Source of the DNA: Schmidtea polychroa
Taxonomy: Eukaryota
Assembly (NCBI GenBank): GCA_044892525.1
Contig: CM097885.1
Location: 53,756,001 to 53,820,000, forward strand
Length of the DNA: 64,000 bases
Direction of reading: 5' to 3'
The notes below the pieces were generated by a model. It searched no databases. It worked only from the letters and a program-made list of their open reading frames with translations, and had not been told where the DNA came from. Every line of letters begins with the position of its first letter. Within the stretch, counting starts at the first letter, position 1. This document shows positions 48,201 to 64,000 of the stretch, one piece after another. The position numbers were made by a program, and so were the translations under genes.

Positions 48201-50328
48201 ATAAAGATTGACATCAACTTTAAATTATTTTTATCTTTATTTAGGCGGAGAAAGACAAAAGTTGAGAAATATGGACTTAAAACATCGACTAAAGAAAATT
48301 GATCTTTAATCGAAGAAATTTATCGGGTGATTTTAATTAGTAATTAAATCGGTTGAATATCGGTAAAAATGATCATTTGAAGAATATAGAGATTTTATTG
48401 AATAAATAAATTAAATTTTTCAATGGGACCTAGTCAGTTATATTGTAGTAATATTTATTTAAAATTTCGAGTACAGTGATTTACATTTAGAACAAAAATT
48501 TAATTATAACTGGTTTAATCAATAGTGAAATATGTATGATAATAGGAATTAAAGATATAATTATAGTCATTTAAAGGGATTTTAAGGAATCTTATTAGTC
48601 TGAGGGGAATATATGATCTTTTACGGGTACTTATCATTAAAATATCAATCTTTAAGGATAGAGTTATTTCAAGGAAATTTGATGCTTTTTAGATGATATT
48701 TGTAATAATATGAATTAAGGGTTGAAATAGAGTCATTTAAGGGATTTTAAGGAATCTAGTTAGTTTGAGGTGAATATATGATCTTTAACAAGTACTTATC
48801 GATAAGATACTAATCTTAAAAGATAGAGATATTTCAGGGAAATTTGATGCTTTTTAGATGATTTTATTAGAGAATTCGCTTGAATTTACCAATTATTGTC
48901 ATTTATATGAATTTAGTGGTTTGTTAGATGTTATCATTAGTTTTCTAGTCTCTCTTGGAATTTAATGATAATTATTTTTATTGAATATTGACGACATTGA
49001 TGATTGTAATGAATTCATACTGAATTTTGTGTATAATTTGAGGAATTAGTAAATAGATTTGACTATACATGTATTACTTAAAAAAATAATTAAAATTAAT
49101 TAATTTTAATTTATTTATTCAATCTAAATCAATTGTCTACTAGATCTTATTTATTAACTTAGTCGATTCATATTAACTTGAATGATCAGTATTTTTTTTA
49201 TTTACTTGATGATTAATGACTAGAATTTAAAGTTCTTTCCTGTCCATTAATTACATTTTTATAATATTTATTTCGTATATTTTGAATAAATTAAAATTTT
49301 TACAATTATTTAATCAATTTTTACCTAGTTATTGGTAAATCTTAAAAGTACCTTGAGTTCAATTAATTTTTCATCCAATATTTTCAGGCGAAGAGCATTT
49401 TCTTTTAAAGATCAATTTGTTAGTACATAGTTGTTGGTTGTAAGTAGTTGTTTGACTTTTTAGATTTTGATAAGAAGATAGTGTATGTGATGAAGAATAT
49501 TTTGTATTTAATTGCTATTATTTTTATGTGTGGTTAGTTGATTGTCGGTACTTGGTATCTAGTTGTTGGTATCTTGTACTTGGTAGTTGGTGCGATGTTG
49601 TTTACTGATTGTTGTTATATAGTTGTAGGTTGATAATGCTTAGTAGCTGGTTGATGTTGGTTGTAAGTACTTGGTATCTAGTTGTTAGCTGGTTGTTAGT
49701 ACTTAGTAGCTAGTTAATGGGTTGTGGTTGAGTGTTACCAAAACCCTTTCGACCAGTACCCTTACGACTAATACCCTTACGACCAGTACCCTTACGACTA
49801 ATACCCTTACGACCAGTACCCCTACGACTAATACCCTTAGAGGGTCAAAACATCCTGTCGGATAAACTCAGAGTATATATAATAAAACTGATCAACAATA
49901 AATATTTATTGAATGTGATTTTTACTTTGCAATAATAAGTCAGTAGTTATCATTTAAAAGAAGAATGTTTTGTAAATTAGAATTCATTAGTCTTTCATTG
50001 TAATTTAAATTATCCTCATTTCCACGTGGTGATGAGTTGACAATTATTTATTTTTGATGAAAATCATCATTTTTGTTAAATTTAGACATTTTGAAAAGGT
50101 TTTTCTACTGATTGTAATTAAATATATTTTTGAAGACATAAAAAATTAATTTAAAAAGCATTTCATAAAATACAATATAGAATATTTAGTAGGTTTTTGT
50201 AAGTATCTAGTTGTTTGAGAGTTAGTTAGTATATGGTATCATGTTGTAAGTATTTGGTACTTATTTGTTAGCACCTAGTTAAAAATATTTAGTAACCGAT
50301 AGTTGGTAACTGTTTAATTATTATTATA

Positions 50329-50380
<52 letters not shown>

Positions 50381-50911
50381 TTATTCCATTAAAATTTTCA
50401 CTTGACTTTGAAAATTATTTCATTAAAATTTACTTCTAAAATTAACTTAAAAAATTTTACATTTAAAATTAACTTAAAAAAAATTTCCATTTAAATTTTC
50501 ATTAAAAATTACATTTCTCAAAAAAGATGGTGGTTATTCAATCTTTTGATAATAAATTTAAAAATTTTAGTTTAATTTACTTATTACATTACTTATTTAA
50601 AAATTATTACTTTAATTTACTTATTTAGCTTTAATTTAAAATTTGAACCATTGGTTACTTAATTTTAAATTTTGAACCTTAATTTACTTATTTAAAATTT
50701 TTAACTTTAATCTACTTATCCTTAATTTACCTAATTATTCTTTATTACTTAATTTTACACCATAATTTATTTAACAACTAAATATAACCCTTATTTTCAT
50801 ATTTAACCAATAATTTCATGTGGTCATTGATAAATTGATGAAGATTTGCATCTAAAATTAACATTGAAAATCCCAGAAAACTTTCATCTTAAATTGACTT
50901 ATATTTTAGAT

Positions 50912-51398
50912 CAGTGTTTCCCAACCTTTTTAGCTCATGTCCCCCCTAGCTGAATTATTTTTTCTTTTGTCCCCCCTATGCAAAACATTTTACAGTTTTT
51001 AAAAAATTTCCAACTATTTTTATTGATATACGTAATTAATAGATAAAGATTAATTTTTTTATTCAATGAGACAATTGACTCTGATGGTTACTGAAAAAGA
51101 TAATGAAAAAGATGATCTTCTGCTTAGATAAAACCCAAAAATTTTCTTACTAAAAATATAATGAAAAGAATATTTTTTTGATCTATAATAAAAAGACATA
51201 AAACTAAATAAGAATTGGATATTAAAATTTCGTAGACTATTCTCGAATTTTACTGAAGAAAATAAAGAAAACGTAACTCAAACCTAAAATTAACATATAT
51301 TCCCTAAAATTGAAATTGCCCCCCTGGAAATACAAATTGCCCCCTGGAAATCGAAATTGCCCCCAAGTGGGGCGTGGGCCCCACGTTGGGAAACACTG
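50912..51398. mobile_element. hAT Buster-type MITE
   Basis: TIR CAGTGTTTCCCAAC, same as the 37972 element; perfect TSD TTTTAGAT. Confidence 0.93.
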
Positions 51399-51565
51399 TT
51401 TTAGATCATTGATTACTTAATTTAAAAATTAAACATTAATTTACCTATTTAACCAATAATTTCATGTGGTCATCTGGATGTAAGTACTTGGTAACTAGTT
51501 TTTGGTATCTTGTATTTGGTAGTTGGTACAGTGTTGTTTACTGATTGTTGTTATATAGTTGTAAG

Positions 51566-52620
51566 CAACGTTCCCTCTAATTTTTGACGGTGCTGTGCGC
51601 AAAAATGAAGGTGTGCGCAAAAAAACATGATGCGACATTTTAGTGTGCAACATTTGTGAAAATCATATTTACAGGTGTTAGCAGCTCTTTTACACGCCAG
51701 TCTTCAATATAATAAAAAAATATTTTACACAGAGATGACATTATTCATTATGTAAATTAAAATATAGTTAAAATTATTTCAAGTAAATAATGTCGGTAAA
51801 GTGCTAAACATAATTTATTCTGCAAAAACCTGCAAATAAAATATATGTAGTTCGAAATTTAGAGCATTCACTTTTCACTTTCCACGTCAGTCTTTATGGG
51901 TGGTCCAATGCTTGTAAACCGTATCTAGATCAATAGAATTTCCTGATGACATAGAATTTTATGCGCATCAAATTATACAAATGATTTAATTCTAGCCTAT
52001 TTCTATATTTTGTTTTAATTAAGTTCATCTGATGTTAACATTACCATCTTCTTTTATTGTCGTCACAATAGAGACACTATCGCACTAGCACAACTTCACA
52101 ATACCGCCGAATATTGTCCTGCAAACAATTTCTGTTTCATGTCGATACTTGAAATAAACTATCATCATTTTGTGAACTGAAATATCGGTACTTTCATCTA
52201 TTATCAACGTATAGAATGCAGATTTTCGCAATTCAGTCATAAGCTGAGTTTCTAAGACAAAGCTTATACACTCAACAAATTCAAATGCATATGTTTTGCT
52301 GCGCCAACTTTCTGGAATTTTAACATATTTGGCAATATATTCATGAATATCCGGTACAAAAACCATAAATGCATTCAGTTTAATAGCAAGAATAACGTTA
52401 TCAATCAGCACTTTTACCAAATCTGAAGTACGCTTTCTCTCTTCAATCTCTAATAGAACGCTACGATCTACCGTACTCTCCTGTAGCATTCACAAAATTC
52501 ACCACTCTTCTGATTCCGCAGCTTTGTAACTTATTCGGTATGTACTTTTGATTGAGATGCCACTTTAAGTAATCAAGTTTCCATTCCTCCCATTTCTTTC
52601 CCATTTGCCGAAATCTCCTG
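51566..52620 (-). mobile_element. Internally deleted hAT element (ZNF862-like transposase fragments) with one terminus
   Basis: FYTLIIDESTDISVHK in ORF 52085-52489, a C-terminal KTKYRNRL-like remnant near 51990-52030, and a terminus CAACGTTCCCTCTAA at 51566. Confidence 0.75.
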
Positions 52621-54754
52621 AATCATTTGCGTATCTCCAAGTTTTATCTTCTGCTTGTTAGATGATAGCTAGTTGTTAGCTGGTTGTTTTTGGTTGATAA
52701 TGCTTAGTACCTGGTTGTTGACGGTTGTGAATACTTGGTATCTGGTAGCTAGTTGATTGCGTGTTTTTGGTTGTTAGTACTTGGTATCTAGTTGTAAGTA
52801 CTTCGTAGCAGGTAACTGGTTGTTAGTATCTAGTTGTAGGTTGTAGGTACTTAGTAGTTGGTTGATAATGCTTAGTACCTGGTTGATGTTGGTTGTGAGT
52901 ACTTGGTATCTGGTACCTAGTTGGTTGCTAGTTTTTGGTTGTTAGTACTTGGTATCAGGTAACTGGTTGTTAGTATCTAGTTGTAGGTATCTGGTTGTAA
53001 ATACATGTCCGTAAGTTACTGGTTGTTGGTACTAAGTTGTTGGTTTGTTGTTGAATTATTACTAAAATTTGTCTTTGAAAAATATTTCATAAAAATTTCC
53101 ATCTGAAATTATCATAGAAAAATATTTCATAAAAATTTTCATTAAAAATTATCTTAAAAATTATTCCATAAAAATTTCCATTAAAAATTACCATTGAAAA
53201 ATATTTCATTAAAATTTCTATTAAAAATTACTTAAAAAATTATTTCATAAAAATTTTCATTAAAAAATTTCAATTCTCAAACACCTACTATTATTCGAAC
53301 TTTTTGTTAATAAATTTAAAAATCTTACTTTAATTTACTTATTTAAAAATTATTACTTTAATTTACTTATTTACTTTACTTTAATTTACTTTAATTTACT
53401 TATTTAAAAATTATTACTTTAATTTACTTATTTAACTTTAATTTAAAATTTTTTACCATTGATTACTTAATTTTAAATTTTGAACCTTAATTAACTTTAA
53501 TTTAATTTTTTTAGAACCTTAATTTACTTATTTGAACCATAATTTACTTTAATTTAAAATTTTGGACCTTGATTTACTTTAATTTAATTTTTTAGAACCT
53601 TAATTTACTTTAATTTAAAAATTTGAACCTTAATTTACTTATTTGAACCCATTGATTGCTTTAATTTAATTTTTTAGGATCTTAATTTACTAATTTGAAC
53701 CTAAATTTACTTATTTCAGCCCATTGATTACTTTAATTCAATTATTAGACCCATCATTTACTTTAGTTTCATAATTTGAACCCATAATTTACTCTAATTC
53801 AATTTTTAGACCCATATTTTACTTTACTTCAAAAATCTTAGCCCATAATTTGCTGTAATTTAATATTTTGGACCATTATTTACCTATTTATTCTTAATTT
53901 ACCACGCTTTTTTAGTGTAGACCACCTCTTTCTATTGAAAATCCCAAGACCATCGAGACCCCTTCACTATAGTCTGAAAATTCTATGCTTTTTTATTGAA
54001 GACCGCCTTTTTCTATTGAAAAAATTTTTTTTGTATTGAAAATCCCAGGACCATCGAGACCCCCTCACTATAGTCTGAAAATTCTATGCTTTTTTAGTGA
54101 TATTTGGATTTGTATTGAAAAAAATTTTTTTGTATTGAAAATCTCAGGACCATCGAGACCCCCTCACTATAATCTAATAAAAAAATATTTTGTACTAAAA
54201 ATCCCTGAAAGCAAAAAAGTGAGTTGCAACAATTGTGTAATAAAAAGTTGCAACAACTTACCCCTCCCCCAAATGATTCACAAATGAGTCACAAATGATT
54301 TGAGAAGGAATATTTTTCTGCCATAAAACTCAATAAAGCAATAACTCAATAAAAGCAATAAAGAAATCTTTGTAAATCATTTCGCAAGAGCCGGTTCGTC
54401 GAAACAAACATCCTATCCATTATCAAGGTTTTTTTTGAATTTTAATTAAATAAAGTTATTTTTACAATTTGTTAGTTTGTTAATTAGATTAAATATTTTT
54501 ATTAGGATTTTGTCTCGTTATTACCGTAATTTTATTAGAATTTTTCATTGTAAAAAGAACTTACACAGCACACAACCCGATTGTCCCGCCACATTTTTTA
54601 ACGGCTACTCTATCGGTCTCTACAGATTTCTTCTTACACTCGCACGTACCAACACGAACATAACATAGTTTATATTATAGCCTAGAATAGAATATAATTA
54701 TATAACATAAAATATAATAGAATAATATACCGAAACCTCTAAACATAATGCAAC

Positions 54755-54791
<37 letters not shown>

Positions 54792-56668
54792 GAAAATTTG
54801 CATGCATTTTTTACTATGTGTTTTGTTTTTGTGTGTCAGTTTATTTTTTCTACCACTTTCTCACTTTCTATATTAAATGCGTTTATTCATTGCAACGATA
54901 AAAATCAACACTGGTAAGTTTGTATGTTTATCTAATATATACATTGATTTTTTGTTTTATATTATAAGCGCGTTTATTCAGTGCAAACAGGTGTAAACCA
55001 CTTCAACTTCAAATAGCCAATTAACCTTCCAGAACAAATTCATTCAGGCAGCTCTCAGTTTTCAGTTTTATGGCAGTTTGGTAAGTTGAATTGAATTTTT
55101 GTAATTTTACGTAAACTGTAATTTTATGTATAGCATAAATTAATGTAATGTTTTAAGGAGTTAATAAAATTTTTAATTTAATTTTGTTGAGTTATTTTTT
55201 GATTTTGTCAATTCTTTTATTGTCTATTTTGTTTAGGAATTTTCAGTAATATTTGTAATTTATCCAATGGTTATTTAATTGGATTTGATGAATAATTTTC
55301 AGGATTATTATGCTTTGATGCCCCAGATTGAGCAGAATATTTGTGAACTGATGGCACTCGTACCGTTGGCCAGCAGATATTTCGCCAGTTTGGTACATCG
55401 TTTTATAGGATATAGTTAAGGATAGGGTCGAGCGGAGAGCATAGATTCATTTTGGACAGTTTGAAGCTTTGTTTAAAAATAGATAGTATATGACGGGTTC
55501 GTTTTAGTAGGACATTGGTTGGAATTGGAAATACAGGCAGATCTCTGCCCAAATTTTTTGAGAAGTATGAAACTTCATTTATTAACTTACAAATAAGGGC
55601 CGATCCCTGCTCAAATTTTTGAAGAAAACAATAGAAAATATCCAGAAATGAGGACCATAGTTAAATGAAGGCATTTCAATGATCCAACAATAGAAATAGA
55701 TAAGGAATAATGACGTAAGACCTTCTATCGGCAGTCCAGACTCCGTAAGGAAAATTAAATGAGGGATAGTTTTAGCAATAGAGCACACCTATTCATTGAC
55801 TTTCAACCATTGTGTAAAGTACCAACATGGTCGTTTCCATGGGTACACAGATGGTCTTAAATGCAATAATCATGAAGGCGTTTAGGAAGGAGTCGATCCA
55901 AGACCTACAATTACCCCTAACACATTTGAAAATAAAATGACACACCCCTAGGCGCTAACACCCCCAAAAATATTTATTAATAAAACTATAGTGTGTGTGT
56001 CTTTGACCTACTTTTTCACAGCGGGTCCATGGTTTAAAGTCGATTTTAGATACATAATTTTCGAATCTTAAAAGTTGTCGAAATATCCCTTATTTATTGC
56101 TCGTTACACACAGTAACTTTTTTATCCGCAAAGTATTAATAAAACTATATTATATGTGTGTGTGTGTGTGACTTATATATTAATTAAACTATATAGTATG
56201 TCTTTGTTCTAGAAATTTTAGGAAAAAGGCAAAAATCCTAAGCGGGGTTTTGGGGGGGGGTCTGTTTGCCAAAACCATGTTTACATTGGATATTCTTAAA
56301 ATTTGGATTTTAATAAATTTGTTTCGGAAATTGTTTAATTTCTTGTCCTGTTCTCGGTTTCACTAGAAGTGCTAACTTCTCGTCTCGTTTCGAAAAATCC
56401 TAGTCTCGCTCATAGTTATCTTACATTTATGATTATTAATAAATATAAAATTGCACGTGTTTATCAGTAAAATTAAGAGAAGCTAAAAAAAGTAAACAAA
56501 TAAGAAAAATATATCAATTAATTAGTAATTATATAATTAATCATGTCAAATTCTAATTGCTTCACTTATCGATTGAAATAAGTCATTGTTAAATTCACAC
56601 TTTAAAAGCATAGAAACAATAACAATAAATAACGTCACAAATTTATATTAATGTATCAAAAGTAAATA

Positions 56669-62803
<6,135 letters not shown>

Positions 62804-62929
62804 AAAGTTTAAAATTAAGCATTAAAATTAAGCGATTAACAAATAATTATTTAAGTTATTGTTGGATAAATATATTTTATAATAAAATTTGAAACTGGTC
62901 AAACCAAAATGAATTGTGAATGTCCAAAA

Positions 62930-63055
62930 TAGAGTACTTAGGTGAGATATTTGAACATCTCAATAGTCTGAATAGCAATATGCAAGGCAGAAATGAAAAT
63001 ATTCTTACGGCAACAGATAAATTAGCTACATTTTAGAAAGAAATTGCAATATGAA
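62930..63055 (+). pseudogene. Short Buster/Charlie transposase remnant
   Basis: Manual translation EYLGEIFEHLNSLNSNMQGRNENILTATDKLATF*. Confidence 0.6.
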
Positions 63056-63496
63056 ACCTCATTGATTTGTAGTCTGAAGTACAATTAGATGAATTATATT
63101 CATATTAATATGAGAAATCCTTCTGAATTTATCAAATCTGCTTTACGGATAGTAATATTTATTTTGTTAGTACCATGTTTTATTTGTAACATACACTATT
63201 AGGTGTTTTCAGCTGAGAGTTAAAAATTTCAATGATTTATCAAAATAATTTTAAATTGTAAATAATTGACTATTAAAATAACTTTTAAATAATTTTTAAA
63301 TTGGATTTTTTAAGTTGAAATTTTGAATAAAAATTAAAATAGCTTTTTACAAAAGATTTTTTATTAATGAAATATTTTTAAATAAATATCTTTTAAATAT
63401 TAAAATATTTGGATAAATGGTTTTGAAAATATTTTATTCAACGCGGAAAATTTGTTTAAAATTATAAAATATGTCATATAATAAATACTTGAAATT

Positions 63497-64000
63497 ATGT
63501 CGTTAACTTTTGAACCGGGTTTAAAAAATAATTTAGAAGATGTTTTAGCAGCTTCTAATATGGATTTCTTCATAAAGAAGCTTTTCTCAAATGATTATCA
63601 TATAGGAGATGATGTTGAAACATTCATTAAAGAATGCGATAGATATTTTAAAATGGTACAAAAATCCCTACTTCAAGACAAGAAGTGATGATCGAATTAC
63701 GGATTGACAAGCAGATTAGAGAGATATATACAGGAGTTGTCCAAAATATCAAATGTTATAAGGAAAGATTGCGAAAGGCATTCGTCAAAAAAACAAGAGC
63801 CCGATAAATATTTTACTATCATAGACGAGTTAGTCGATAAAATATTGGGGCATGAGTTAAACAAGGAAAGTATAACAGAATATCTGCTGGTACATTGTGC
63901 AGCCGAGAAGACTTTAAAATGAGAATTGTGTCTAAGTGACACCAAAGGAACAACGGAAGTGAAGAAAAACATCAAGAAGTTACATGAATCTCGTATAGTT
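63497..64000 (+). pseudogene. Possible degenerate LTR-retrotransposon gag/pol fragment
   Basis: YHIGDDVETFIKECDRYF resembles a gag N-terminus; broken frames, truncated by the window end. Confidence 0.35.

Larger units (their letters stand above)
47440..54200. repeat. Large AT-rich composite non-coding element, copy B
   Basis: Homologous to 15220-20870. Includes 15-bp tandem CCCTTACGAC(C/T)A repeats (~49744-49820), TAGTTG/TGGTTG-rich tracts and the AATTTACTT satellite. Confidence 0.8.

Noticed and set aside
49732..49935. PLRPVPLRLI repeat ORF
   Set aside because: Translation of a 15-bp tandem repeat with a GTG start.

Overview
Very AT-rich eukaryotic (animal-like) DNA with short GT-AG introns and (AAT)n tracts; a planarian/flatworm origin is a guess from composition only. 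(1) Bases 1 to ~9.4 kb hold a Polinton/adintovirus-like virus-derived element. It has a protein-primed family B DNA polymerase whose 5' part is spliced (the ATG is split by an intron) and appears internally deleted, plus an intron-containing IAP-type RING gene and two orphan ORFs. A >=3.4 kb palindrome centred on an AP-1/CRE motif array precedes the polymerase; a second dense AP-1 plus TGACCTTG array and two palindrome-containing tandem repeats are also present. (2) A cluster of core-2/I-branching beta-1,6-GlcNAc transferase (GT14) genes: two intact two-exon copies (10.3-14.3 kb +, 56.7-62.6 kb -) and a pseudogene lying in a recent inverted duplication. The duplication exposes the empty sites of two hAT insertions. 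(3) A nested transposon graveyard: a Penelope-like element in an (AAT)n tract, a multiply deleted Gypsy element with env-like and DEDDh-exonuclease-like extra ORFs, several hAT elements and MITEs, a Tc1/IS630 remnant, and a captured proteasome alpha-6 fragment. Two rearranged copies of a large AT-rich non-coding element also occur, and one shares a promoter block with the polymerase element. All calls were made by eye; no searches were run.
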